Positions 24,836 through 38,000 of a stretch of 64,000 bases of DNA are shown here, piece after piece. Within the stretch, counting starts at the first letter, position 1; each line of letters begins with the position of its first letter. A program made the translations under genes and the position numbers. Source of the stretch: Octopus sinensis (taxonomy: Eukaryota); contig NC_043018.1 of NCBI RefSeq assembly GCF_006345805.1, forward strand, positions 11,284,001-11,348,000, in the 5' to 3' direction. Below the pieces are notes generated by a model, which saw only the letters and a list, made by a program, of their open reading frames with translations, did not search any database and was not told the DNA's origin.

Positions 24836-25490
24836 TAAGGCGGCAAGGTGGCAGAATTATAAGCATGCCAGGTAAAATACTGAGTTCAAATTCTGCCAAA
24901 GTCACCTTTGTCTTTCATTCTTTCAGGGTTGATAAAATGAGTACCAGTTGAGTAATGGGGTCAATGTAACTGAATTACCTCCTCCCCTGAAATTGCTGGC
25001 CTTGTGCCAAAATTTGAAATCATTATTATTATTATTATTATTATTGTGGTGATGAGCGAGTAGAATTGTTAGCATGCCAGGCGAAATGCTTAGCGGCATT
25101 TTGTCTGCTGCTATGTTCTGAGTTCAAATTCTGCTGAGGTCAACTTTGCCTTTCATCATTTCAGGGTTGATAAATTGAGTACCAGTTGATGTAATCAAGT
25201 GCCCCACCCCAAATGTCAGGCCTTGTGCTTATAGTAGAAAAGATTATTATTATTATTATTATTATCATTGTGGTGAGCTAGCAGAATCAGTAGCACACCA
25301 AACAAAATTCTTAGTGACTTTTCTTGTGCCTTGGCATTATGAGTTCAAATTCCACCAAGGTCAACTTTAATTTTCTTCCCTTCAGGAGTCAATAAAATAA
25401 AAACCAGTCAAACACAGGGGTTGATTTAATTGACTATTTCCCAACCCCCAAATTTCAGGCCTTGTACCGGTAATAGAAAGGATTAATTTC
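24836..25490 (+). mobile_element. Three head-to-tail family-A SINEs joined by (ATT)n
   Basis: Heads at ~24836, ~25046 and ~25268. Each ends ...GGCCTTGTG...AGAAAGG/TTTGAAAT followed by ATTATTATT, directly before the next head. Confidence 0.88.
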
Positions 25491-25589
25491 TAACCGAGGT
25501 AATAGACCACAAATTTTGGGAAGATGATAGTTGAATAAACTTACCGCATCCCTCTCTGTTCTTCACAACATGAACAGTTCTTTGTTCCA

Positions 25590-27011
25590 TTGACCTTGGC
25601 AGGATGAAAGGCAAAGCTGATGACAACAGTATTTGAACTCAAAAACATAAATGGCTACAACTAAATACTGCAAGGTATTTTGTCTGATGCTCAAGTGATC
25701 AATCTGTCAAGTTTTATCTCTTTATAATAATAATATTAACATAATAATGATAATAGCAAAAATAATAATAGATATTAAGATGAGTGTGATACAATTTGTA
25801 ATAAACGTAGACAAACCCTGTCTAATTAATTCAATAAACAGTCAAATTGTATTTATTACAAATCCTATTGTGCTCATCTTATTGCTTATTTACCTTCTTG
25901 AAGCATTACATCAATATTCATAAATTAATAATAATAATAATAATAATAATAGAAATAATAATAATGACAATAATAATTTTGGCCCAAGGCCAGCAGTTTC
26001 AGAGTGGGGGAGTGGATAAATCGATTACATCAATCACCCCCTCCAGTATTGAACTGGTGCTTATTTTATCAACCCAGAAAGGATGGAAGGCAAAGTTGAC
26101 CTTATCAGAATTTGAACTCAGAATGTAAAGATGGATAAAATGCTATCGAGCATTTTGTCTGATACAGTAATGACTCTGTCATCCTTTGTACTCTAGGCAT
26201 TAGTCCTGAAATTTGGTGGGAAGGGGTTAGTTGATTACATTGACACCAGTACTCGATTGGTACTTTATTTTATCTACCCCAAAAGGATGAAAGGTGAAAT
26301 TGACCTCGGCAGCATTTGATCTCAAAACAAAGAGTTGAAGAAATGCTGCTAAGCATATTGTTCAACGCTCGAATGATTCTGCAACAGTTCTTCACCTCTG
26401 ATAATAATTCTTTCTAATATTGACACTAGGCCAGCAATTTTGAGGGGATGCAGCATGTTGATTACATTGATCTTTGAAGTTGACTGGGAGCTAATTTTAA
26501 TCAACCCTGAAAGGAAGAAAGGCAAAGTTGACCTTGGCAGGGTTTTTAGAAGAAACACCAATAAACATTTTGTCCAAAATGCCAACAATTCTACCAGCTG
26601 GCCACCTTAAAAGTAATAGTTCTTTCTTCTATTGGTAAAAGGTCAGCAATTTGATGGAGAGTGGAACCAGTCAATTACAATGCTCCCCACACACACACTT
26701 CCCCCCCAGTGTTTAACTGGTGTTAACATTTTATCAATGCTGAATAGATGAAGAGCAAAGTTGATCTCTGTGGAATTTGAACCTAGACTATAAAGCCAGA
26801 AGAAATACCCTTTTACTTGTTTCAGTCATTTGACTGTGGCCATGCTGGAGCACTGCCTTTTTTAGTCGAGCAAATCAACCCCAGGACTTATTCTTTGTAA
26901 GCCTAGTACTTATTCTATCGGTCTCTTTCGCCAAACCGCTAAGCTACAGGGACATAAACACACCAGCATTGGTTGTCAAGTGATGTTGGGGGGACAAACA
27001 CAGATACACAA

Positions 27012-27062
<51 letters not shown>

Positions 27063-27290
27063 CATATATACGACGAGCTTCTTTCAGTTTCCGTCTACCA
27101 AATCCACTCACAAGGCTTTGGTCAGCCTGAGGCTATAGTAGAAGACACTTGCCCAAGGTGCCATGCAGTGGGACTGAACCCAGAACCATGTGGTTGGGAA
27201 GCAAGCTACTTACCACACAGTCACTCCTACGTGTACCTATAAGCATTTTGTCTTGCGTGCTAACGAATCTGCCTGCTCACTGTCTTAACC
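25590..27290 (-). mobile_element. Chain of about five minus-strand family-A SINEs; the last is interrupted by a family-B SINE
   Basis: Copies at ~25590-25700, 25975-26180, 26185-26400 and 26410-26610. The fifth, 26620-26810 plus 27238-27290, is split at GAAATACC|...|TAAGCATTTTG. Confidence 0.82.
26811..27232 (-). mobile_element. Family-B SINE nested inside a family-A SINE head
   Basis: Complete family-B sequence from tail TTTTACTTGTTTCAGTC (26811) to head CAGTCACTCC (~27228). The host SINE continues on both sides. Confidence 0.88.
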
Positions 27291-28254
27291 CTTAGGAGAC
27301 AACAAAGCCAATCTCTTGGTCAAAAAGTAGAACGAGAAAGAAGAGTGTATTAATTCATTCAATTTCCTACAAGAATATGATTTTATACATGTAAAGTAAT
27401 TACTTTATATTTGATAAATTTTTTGAAATAGAGGTGCATGCCTTGTGTAGGGTTTGTGAAAAAGGCTCTGTCTTCTTGGCACTGAAACTCCAGATGAGGC
27501 TTCATCTCCAAAGGGTTAAGAAATGATAATGGCTAGAATTTTCAGAGTATCAGATGAAATGTCATATTTTGTATTTATCCCATTTACGTTCTAAGATCAA
27601 ATCCAGCCTGTGTTGTGTATTTCAATCCTCCATGGTTGTTAATACAAGAATAGTGAGGACAGTGACAGTGATCAATGAAAACAGATTACGCCCCACCCCC
27701 AACATATGACCTTGCACCTAAGCTAAACACTTATCATCATCATCATCATATAACACTAGATCAGCACAAATATTAATGTATTGAAGGAGCAGACATGGCC
27801 TAGAGATATACTTTAACAAAAGTTAAGGGGTGCCTCATTCCAGCATGCTGAATACCAACCCAGAATTTCTGAGGGATCATGTTATCGCTAGATCGTCGTT
27901 GAAATTACCCTGGGTTCATCCATCCTTTTGACAAGTCCTGCTGGGCTCCTCACTTGGCAAGCCTAGTGCAGGTGTTAGTTAAGTGACCAACAACCTGACC
28001 ACACAACAGGTTGCACTGGATTCCATGTTACCAGGAGAAATCATGAGGGACCTCACAAGTGACCTGACACTAGCCTTGTCTTTCAACCCAATAACATTGG
28101 TGAAATAGTCCAGACTAGTCATGTAATGAGTGTTTTCCTTGCAAACGTTTGTGGCTTTGGGCCAGCGTATCAGAAAGTACATTGGCACAAAGCCACAAAT
28201 GTTTAGGGGAAAATAATTGTTATAACCATTATTGTTATAATAAAAAAAAAACTG

Positions 28255-28765
28255 TTGTATGCCAAGTTCATTGGCAGAGATGTTATCTTGGGGTTTGGTA
28301 ACAGCAGGTCACCTCAAGTCTCAGGAATCTTTTGTAAGGTTTTTTCACATCACAAGATGGCACTTTTCTGCAATTGCACACCATGAGTCCCATTCCAGCC
28401 TCGCACGTAGCAGTTTGGGTTTTGTACTGATTGCACCAATTATCACAAGAACAATTTTCACACTTGTATCGCACAATCTCTTCGTGTCTGTAGCTTGGTT
28501 CCGATATTTCTCTATTTTCTTGGCTTCCTTGATATATACTCTGTTATTATACAGGACTGCTAAGTCAATGGTCTTACAGTTTTGTTATTTTCTATCTCCC
28601 TCAATCATATCCAGTCTCCTTGCTTCAGTAGTATTGTTAGTCTCTATGACATTATCCCATAAAATCCTCTAATTACCATTAATCATGACAGCTTCTGGCT
28701 TGTGTTCATACCTCTTTACTCTCACTTCAAATCCTCAAACTTGGCTAAATCCCACTGTACCCTTT
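28255..28765 (-). mobile_element. Second, older R4/Dong-like RLE LINE 3' fragment
   Basis: Minus strand reads YEHKPEAVMINGN*RILWDNVIETNNTTEARRLDMIEGDRK*QNCKTIDLAVLYNNRVYIKEAKKIEKY...VKIVLVIIGAISTKPKLL, the same motif order as 17690-18372. Confidence 0.8.
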
Positions 28766-28804
28766 TACTGATGGATTATTATTATTTATTATTGTTGTTG
28801 TTGT

Positions 28805-29040
28805 TGTGGCAAGCTGGCAGGATCTTTAGAGCAGTGGTCCTAATGCTAAGTAATATTTCTTCTAACTTAAGCACGTTCTGAGTTTAAATTTCATTTGGGT
28901 GAACTTTGTTTTCATCCCTCTGGGGTTGATAAAGAAAAGTATCTGTCAAGTACTGGGATTAATAGTATCAATTAACCCCCTTCCCTCAGAATTGCTGGCC
29001 TTGTGCCAAAATTTGAAGTCATCAGTATTATTATTAATAT
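28805..29040 (+). mobile_element. Decayed family-A SINE immediately upstream of the array
   Basis: GTGGCAAGCTGGCAGGATC head through tail GCTGGCCTTGTGCCAAAATTTGAA, then an ATT-rich spacer leading into array unit 1. Confidence 0.8.
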
Positions 29041-29050
29041 TTTTATTACT

Positions 29051-32000
29051 AAGGCAGCAAGTGGGCAGAATTGTTAACATGCCAGGCAAAATGCTTAGAA
29101 GCATTTCGTCCATCTTTATGTTCTAAGTTCAAATTCTACCAAGGCAGCAAGCTGGCAGAATTGTTAACATGCCAGGCAAAATGCTTAGAAGCATTTCGTC
29201 CATCTTTATGTTCTAAGTTCAAATTCTACCAAGGCAGCAAGCTGGCAGAATTGTTAACATGCCAGGCAAAATGCTTAGAAGCATTTCGTCCATCTTTATG
29301 TTCTAAGTTCAAATTCTACCAAGCAGCAAGCTGGCAGAATTGTTAACATGCCAGGCAAAATGCTTAGAAGCATTTCGTCCATCTTTATGTTCTAAGTTCA
29401 AATTCTACCAAGGCAGCAAGCTGGCAGAATCGTTAACATGCCAGGCAAAATGCTTAGAAGCATTTCGTCCATCTTTATGTTCTAAGTTCAAATTCTACCA
29501 AGGCAGCAAGCTGGCAGAATCGTTAACATGCCAGGCAAAATGCTTAGAAGCATTTCGTCCATCTTTATGTTCTAAGTTCAAATTCTACCAAGGCAGCAAG
29601 CTGGCAGAATCGTTAACATGCCAGGCAAAATGCTTAGAAGCATTTCGTCCATCTTTGTTCTAAGTTCAAATTCTACCAAGGCAGCAAGCTGGCAGAATCG
29701 TTAACATGCCAGGCAAAATGCTTAGAAGCATTTCGTCCATCTTTATGTTCTAAGTTCAAATTCTACCAAGGCAGCAAGCTGGCAGAATTGTTAACATGTC
29801 AGGCAAAATGCTTAGAAGCATTTCGTCCATCTTTATGTTCTAAGTTCAAATTCTACCAAGGCAGCAAGCTGGCAGAATTGTTAACATGCCAGGCAAAATG
29901 CTTAGAAGCATTTCGTCCATCTTTATGTTCTAAGTTCAAATTCTACCAAGGCAGCAAGCTGGCAGAATCGTTAACATGCCAGGCAAAATGCTTAGAAGCA
30001 TTTCGTCCATCTTTATGTTCTAAGTTCAAATTCTACCAAGGCAGCAAGCTGGCAGAATTGTTAACATGCCAGGCAAAATGCTTAGAAGCATTTCGTCCAT
30101 CTTTATGTTCTGAGTTCAAATTCTACCAAGGCAGCAAGCTGGCAGAATTGTTAACATGCCAGGCAAAATGCTTAGAAGCATTTCGTCCATCTTTGTTCTA
30201 AGTTCAAATTCTACAAGGCAGCAAGCTGGCAGAATTGTTAACATGCCAGGCAAAATGCTTAGAAGCATTTCGTCCATCTTTATGTTCTAAGTTCAAATTC
30301 TACCAAGGCAGCAAGCTGGCAGAATCGTTAACATGCCAGGCAAAATGCTTAGAAGCATTTCGTCCATCTTTATGTTCTAAGTTCAAATTCTACCAAGGCA
30401 GCAAGCTGGCAGAATTGTTAACATGCCAGGCAAAATGCTTAGAAGCATTTCGTCCATCTTTATGTTCTAAGTTCAAATTCTACCAAGGCAGCAAGCTGGC
30501 AGAATCGTTAACATGCCAGGCAAAATGCTTAGAAGCATTTCGTCCATCTTTATGTTCTAAGTTCAAATTCTACCAAGGCAGCAACCTGGCAGAATCGTTA
30601 ACATGCCAAGCAAAATGCTTAGAAGCATTTCGTCCATCTTTATGTTCTAAGTTCAAATTCTACCAAGGCAGCAAGCTGGCAGAATTGTTAACATGCCAGG
30701 CAAAATGCTTAGAAGCATTTCGTCCATCTTTATGTTCTAAGTTCAAATTCTACCAAGGCAGCAAGCTGGCAGAATCGTTAACATGCCAGGCAAAATGCTT
30801 AGAAGCATTTCGTCCATCTTTATGTTCTAAGTTCAAATTCTACCAAGGCAGCAAGCTGGCAGAATCGTTAACATGCCAGGCAAAATGCTTAGAAGCATTT
30901 CGTCCATCTTTATGTTCTAAGTTCAAATTCTACCAAGGCAGCAACCTGGCAGAATTGTTAACATGCCAAGCAAAATGCTTAGAAGCATTTCGTCCATCTT
31001 TATGTTCTAAGTTCAAATTCTACCAAGGCAGCAAGCTGGCAGAATGTTAACATGCCAGGCAAAATGCTTAGAAGCATTTCGTCCATCTTTATGTTCTAAG
31101 TTCAAATTCTACCAAGGCAGCAAGCTGGCAGAATCGTTAACATGCCAGGCAAAATGCTTAGAAGCATTTCGTCCATCTTTATGTTCTAAGTTCAAATTCT
31201 ACCAAGGCAGCAAGCTGGCAGAATCGTTAACATGCCAGGCAAAATGCTTAGAAGCATTTCGTCCATCTTTATGTTCTAAGTTCAAATTCTACCAAGGCAG
31301 CAAGCTGGCAGAATCGTTAACATGCCAGGCAAAATGCTTAGAAGCATTTCGTCCATCTTTATGTTCTAAGTTCAAATTCTACCAAGGCAGCAAGCTGGCA
31401 GAATCGTTAACATGCCAGGCAAAATGCTTAGAAGCATTTCGTCCATCTTTATGTTCTAAGTTCAAATTCTACCAAGGCAGCAAGCTGGCAGAATTGTTAA
31501 CATGCCAAGCAAAATGCTTAGAAGCATTTCGTCCATCTTATGTTCTAAGTTCAAATTCTACCAAGGCAGCAAGCTGGCAGAATTGTTAACATGCCAGGCA
31601 AAATGCTTAGAAGCATTTCGTCCATCTTTATGTTCTAAGTTCAAATTCTACCAAGGCAGCAAGCTGGCAGAATTGTTAACATGCCAGGCAAAATGCTTAG
31701 AAGCATTTCGTCCATCTTTATGTTCTAAGTTCAAATTCTACCAAGGCAGCAAGCTGGCAGAATCGTTAACATGCCAGGCAAAATGCTTAGAAGCATTTCG
31801 TCCATCTTTATGTTCTAAGTTCAAATTCTACCAAGGCAGCAAGCTGGCAGAATCGTTAACATGCCAGGCAAAATGCTTAGAAGCATTTCGTCCATCTTTA
31901 TGTTCTAAGTTCAAATTCTACCAAGGCAGCAACCTGGCAGAATTGTTAACATGCCAAGCAAAATGCTTAGAAGCATTTCGTCCATCTTTATGTTCTAAGT

Positions 32001-35000
32001 TCAAATTCTACCAAGGCAGCAAGCTGGCAGAATCGTTAACATGCCAGGCAAAATGCTTAGAAGCATTTCGTCCATCTTTATGTTCTAAGTTCATTCAATT
32101 CTACCAAGGCAGCAACCTGGCAGAATTGTTAACATGCCAAGCAAAATGCTTAGAAGCATTTCGTCCATCTTTATGTTCTAAGTTCAAATTCTACCAAGGC
32201 AGCAAGCTGGCAGAATTGTTAACATGCCAGGCAAAATGCTTAGAAGCATTTCGTCCATCTTTATGTTCTAAGTTCAAATTCTACCAAGGCAGCAAGCTGG
32301 CAGAATCGTTAACATGCCAGGCAAAATGCTTAGAAGCATTTCGTCCATCTTTATGTTCTAAGTTCAAATTCTACCAAGGCAGCAAGCTGGCAGAATCGTT
32401 AACATGCCAGGCAAAATGCTTAGAAGCATTTCGTCCATCTTTATGTTCTAAGTTCAAATTCTACCAAGGCAGCAAGCTGGCAGAATTGTTAACATGCCAG
32501 GCAAAATGCTTAGAAGCATTTCGTCCATCTTTATGTTCTAAGTTCAAATTCTACCAAGGCAGCAACCTGGCAGAATTGTTAACATGCCAAGCAAAATGCT
32601 TAGAAGCATTTCGTCCATCTTTATGTTCTAAGTTCAAATTCTACCAAGGCAGCAAGCTGGCAGAATTGTTAACATGCCAGGCAAAATGCTTAGAAGCATT
32701 TCGTCCATCTTTATGTTCTAAGTTCAAATTCTACCAAGGCAGCAAGCTGGCAGAATTGTTAACATGCCAGGCAAAATGCTTAGAAGCATTTCGTCCATCT
32801 TTATGTTCTAAGTTCAAATTCTACCAAGGCAGCAAGCTGGCAGAATTGTTAACATGCCAGGCAAAATGCTTAGAAGCATTTCGTCCATCTTTATGTTCTA
32901 AGTTCAAATTCTACCAAGGCAGCAAGCTGGCAGAATTGTTAACATGCCAGGCAAAATGCTTAGAAGCATTTCGTCCATCTTTATGTTCTAAGTTCAAATT
33001 CTACCAAGGCAGCAAGCTGGCAGAATCGTTAACATGCCAGGCAAAATGCTTAGAAGCATTTCGTCCATCTTTATGTTCTAAGTTCAAATTCTACCAAGGC
33101 AGCAAGCTGGCAGAATTGTTAACATGCCAGGCAAAATGCTTAGAAGCATTTCGTCCATCTTTATGTTCTAAGTTCAAATTCTACCAAGGCAGCAAGCTGG
33201 CAGAATTGTTAACATGCCAGGCAAAATGCTTAGAAGCATTTCGTCCATCTTTATGTTCTAAGTTCAAATTCTACCAAGGCAGCAAGCTGGCAGAATTGTT
33301 AACATGCCAGGCAAAATGCTTAGAAGCATTTCGTCCATCTTTATGTTCTGAGTTCAAATTCTACCAAGGCAGCAAGCTGGCAGAATTGTTAACATGCCAG
33401 GCAAAATGCTTAGAAGCATTTCGTCCATCTTTATGTTCTAAGTTCAAATTCTACCAAGGCAGCAAGCTGGCAGAATTGTTAACATGCCAGGCAAAATGCT
33501 TAGAAGCATTTCGTCCATCTTTATGTTCTAAGTTCAAATTCTACCAAGGCAGCAAGCTGGCAGAATCGTTAACATGCCAGGCAAAATGCTTAGAAGCATT
33601 TCGTCCATCTTTATGTTCTAAGTTCAAATTCTACCAAGGCAGCAAGCTGGCAGATTGTTAACATGCCAGGCAAAATGCTTAGAAGCATTTCGTCCATCTT
33701 ATGTTCTAAGTTCTAATTCAAATCTACCAAGGCAGCAAGCTGGCAGAATCGTTAACATGCCAGGCAAAATGCTTAGAAGCATTTCGTCCATCTTTATGTT
33801 CTAAGTTCAAATTCTACCAAGGCAGCAAGCTGGCAGAATTGTTAACATGCCAGGCAAAATGCTTAGAAGCATTTCGTCCATCTTTATGTTCTAAGTTCAA
33901 ATTCTACCAAGGCAGCAACCTGGCAGAATTGTTAACATGCCAGGCAAAATGCTTAGAAGCATTTCGTCCATCTTTATGTTCTAAGTTCAAATTCTACCAA
34001 GGCAGCAAGCTGGCAGAATCGTTAACATGCCAGGCAAAATGCTTAGAAGCATTTCGTCCATCTTTATGTTCTAAGTTCAAATTCTACCAAGGCAGCAAGC
34101 TGGCAGAATTGTTAACATGCCAGGCAAAATGCTTAGAAGCATTTCGTCCATCTTTATGTTCTAAGTTCAAATTCTACCAAGGCAGCAAGCTGGCAGAATC
34201 GTTAACATGCCAGGCAAAATGCTTAGAAGCATTTCGTCCATCTTTATGTTCTAAGTTCAAATTCTACCAAGGCAGCAAGCTGGCAGAATTGTTAACATGC
34301 CAGGCAAAATGCTTAGAAGCATTTCGTCCATCTTTATGTTCTAAGTTCAAATTCTACCAAGGCAGCAAGCTGGCAGAATCGTTAACATGCCAGGCAAAAT
34401 GCTTAGAAGCATTTCGTCCATCTTTATGTTCTAAGTTCAAATTCTACCAAGGCAGCAAGCTGGCAGAATTGTTAACATGCCAGGCAAAATGCTTAGAAGC
34501 ATTTCGTCCATCTTTATGTTCTAAGTTCAAATTCTACACCAGGCAGCAACCTGGCAGAATTGTTAACATGCCAGGCAAAATGCTTAGAAGCATTTCGTCC
34601 ATCTTTATGTTCTAAGTTCAAATTCTACCAAGGCAGCAAGCTGGCAGAATTGTTAACATGCCAGGCAAAATGCTTAGAAGCATTTCGTCCATCTTTATGT
34701 TCTAAGTTCAAATTCTACCAAGGCAGCAACTGGCAGAATTGTTAACATGCCAGGCAAAATGCTTAGAAGCATTTCGTCCATCTTTATGTTCTAAGTTCAA
34801 ATTCTACCAAGGCAGCAAGCTGGCAGAATCGTTAACATGCCAGGCAAAATGCTTAGAAGCATTTCGTCCATCTTTATGTTCTAAGTTCAAATTCTACCAA
34901 GGCAGCAAGCTGGCAGAATCGTTAACATGCCAGGCAAAATGCTTAGAAGCATTTCGTCCATCTTTATGTTCTAAGTTCAAATTCTACCAAGGCAGCAAGC

Positions 35001-38000
35001 TGGCAGAATCGTTAACATGCCAGGCAAAATGCTTAGAAGCATTTCGTCCATCTTTATGTTCTAAGTTCAAATTCTACCAAGGCAGCAAGCTGGCAGAATC
35101 GTTAACATGCCAGGCAAAATGCTTAGAAGCATTTCGTCCATCTTTATGTTCTAAGTTCAAATTCTACCAAGGCAGCAAGCTGGCAGAATCGTTAACATGC
35201 CAGGCAAAATGCTTAGAAGCATTTCGTCCATCTTTATGTTCTAAGTTCAAATTCTACCAAGGCAGCAAGCTGGCAGAATTGTTAACTTGCCAGGCAAAAT
35301 GCTTAGAAGCATTTCGTCCATCTTTATGTTCTAAGTTCAAATTCTACCAAGGCAGCAAGCTGGCAGAATCGTTAACATGCCAGGCAAAATGCTTAGAAGC
35401 ATTTCGTCCATCTTATGTTCTAAGTTCAAATTCTACCAAGGCAGCAAGCTGGCAGAATCGTTAACATGCCAGGCAAAATGCTTAGAAGCATTTCGTCCAT
35501 CTTTATGTTCTAAGTTCAAATTCTACCAAGGCAGCAAGCTGGCAGAATTGTTAACATGCCAGGCAAAATGCTTAGAAGCATTTCGTCCATCTTTATGTTC
35601 TAAGTTCAAATTCTACCAAGGCAGCAAGCTGGCAGAATCGTTAACATGCCAGGCAAAATGCTTAGAAGCATTTCGTCCATCTTTATGTTCTAAGTTCAAA
35701 TTCTACCAAGGCAGCAAGCTGGCAGAATCGTTAACATGCCAAGCAAAATGCTTAGAAGCATTTCGTCCATCTTTATGTTCTAAGTTCAAATTCTACCAAG
35801 GCAGCAAGCTGGCAGAATCGTTAACATGCCAAGCAAAATGCTTAGAAGCATTTCGTCCATCTTTATGTTCTAAGTTCAAATTCTACCAAGGCAGCAAGCT
35901 GGCAGAATCGTTAACATGCCAGGCAAAATGCTTAGAAGCATTTCGTCCATCTTTTGTTCTAAGTTCAAATTCTACCAAGGCAGCAAGCTGGCAGAATGTT
36001 AACATGCCAGGCAAAATGCTTAGAAGCATTTCGTCCATCTTTATGTTCTAAGTTCAAATTCTACCAAGGCAGCAAGCTGGCAGAATCGTTAACATGCCAG
36101 GCAAAATGCTTAGAAGCATTTCGTCCATCTTTATGTTCTAAGTTCAAATTCTACCAAGGCAGCAAGCTGGCAGAATCGTTAACATGCCAAGCAAAATGCT
36201 TAGAAGCATTTCGTCCATCTTTATGTTCTAAGTTCAAATTCTACCAAGGCAGCAAGCTGGCAGAATCGTTAACATGCCAAGCAAAATGCTTAGAAGCATT
36301 TCGTCCATCTTTATGTTCTAAGTTCAAATTCTACCAAGGCAGCAAGCTGGCAGAATCGTTAACATGCCAGGCAAAATGCTTAGAAGCATTTCGTCCATCT
36401 TTATGTTCTAAGTTCAAATTCTACCAAGGCAGCAAGGGCAGAATCGTTAACATGCCAGGCAAAATGCTTAGAAGCATTTCGTCCATCTTTATGTTCTAAG
36501 TTCAAATTCTACCAAGGCAGCAAGCTGGCAGAATTGTTAACATGCCAAGCAAAATGCTTAGAAGCATTTCGTCCATCTTTATGTTCTAAGTTCAAATTCT
36601 ACCAAGGCAGCAAGCTGGCAGAATCGTTAACATGCCAGGCAAAATGCTTAGAAGCATTTCGTCCATCTTTATTTCTAAGTTCAAATTCTACCAAGGCAGC
36701 AAGCTGGCAGAATCGTTAACATGCCAGGCAAAATGCTTAGAAGCATTTCGTCCATCTTTATGTTCTAAGTTCAAATTCTACCAAGGCAGCAAGCTGGCAG
36801 AATCGTTAACATGCCAGGCAAAATGCTTAGAAGCATTTCGTCCATCTTTATGTTCTAAGTTCAAATTCTACCAAGGCAGCAACCTGGCAGAATCGTTAAC
36901 ATGCCAGGCAAAATGCTTAGAAGCATTTCGTCCATCTTTATGTTCTAAGTTCAAATTCTACCAAGGCAGCAAGCTGGCAGAATTGTTAACATGCCAGGCA
37001 AAATGCTTAGAAGCATTTCGTCCATCTTTATGTTCTAAGTTCAAATTCTACCAAGGCAGCAAGCTGGCAGAATCGTTAACATGCCAGGCAAAATGCTTAG
37101 AAGCATTCGTCCATCTTTATGTTCTAAGTTCAAATTCTACCAAGGCAGCAAGCTGGCAGAATCGTTAACATGCCAGGCAAAATGCTTAGAAGCATTTCGT
37201 CCATCTTTATGTTCTAAGTTCAAATTCTACCAAGGCAGCAAGCTGGCAGAATTGTTAACATGCCAGGCAAAATGCTTAGAAGCATTTCGTCCATCTTTAT
37301 GTTCTAAGTTCAAATTCTACCAAGGCAGCAAGCTGGCAGAATCGTTAACATGCCAGGCAAAATGCTTAGAAGCATTTCGTCCATCTTTATGTTCTAAGTT
37401 CAAATCTACCAAGGCAGCAAGCTGGCAGAATTGTTAACATGCCAGGCAAAATGCTTAGAAGTTTCGTCCATCTTTATGTTCTAAGTTCAAATTCTACCAA
37501 GGCAGCAAGCTGGCAGAATTGTTAACATGCCAGGCAAAATGCTTAGAAGCATTTCGTCCATCTTTATGTTCTAAGTTCAAATTCTACCAAGGCAGCAAGC
37601 TGGCAGAATTGTTAACATGCCAGGCAAAATGCTTAGAAGCATTTCGTCCATCTTTATGTTCTAAGTTCAAATTCTACCAAGCAGCAAGCTGGCAGAATCG
37701 TTACATGCCAGGCAAAATGCTTAGAGCATTTCGTCCATCTTTATGTTCTAAGTTCAAATTCTACCAAGGCAGCAAGCTGGCAGAATCGTTAACATGCCAG
37801 GCAAAATGCTTAGAAGCATTTCGTCCATCTTTATGTTCTAAGTTCAAATTCTACCAAGGCAGCAAGCTGGCAGAATCGTTAACATGCCAGGCAAAATGCT
37901 TAGAAGCATTTCGTCCATCTTTATGTTCTAAGTTCAAATTCTACCAGGCAGCAAGCTGGCAGAATCGTTAACATGCCAGGCAAAATGCTTAGAAGCATTT

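Noticed and set aside
29051-29140. Genuine tRNA genes among the tRNA-like heads
   Set aside because: A/B-box-like motifs are present, but I could not fold a full cloverleaf with an acceptor stem, and intact copies continue into SINE core sequence.
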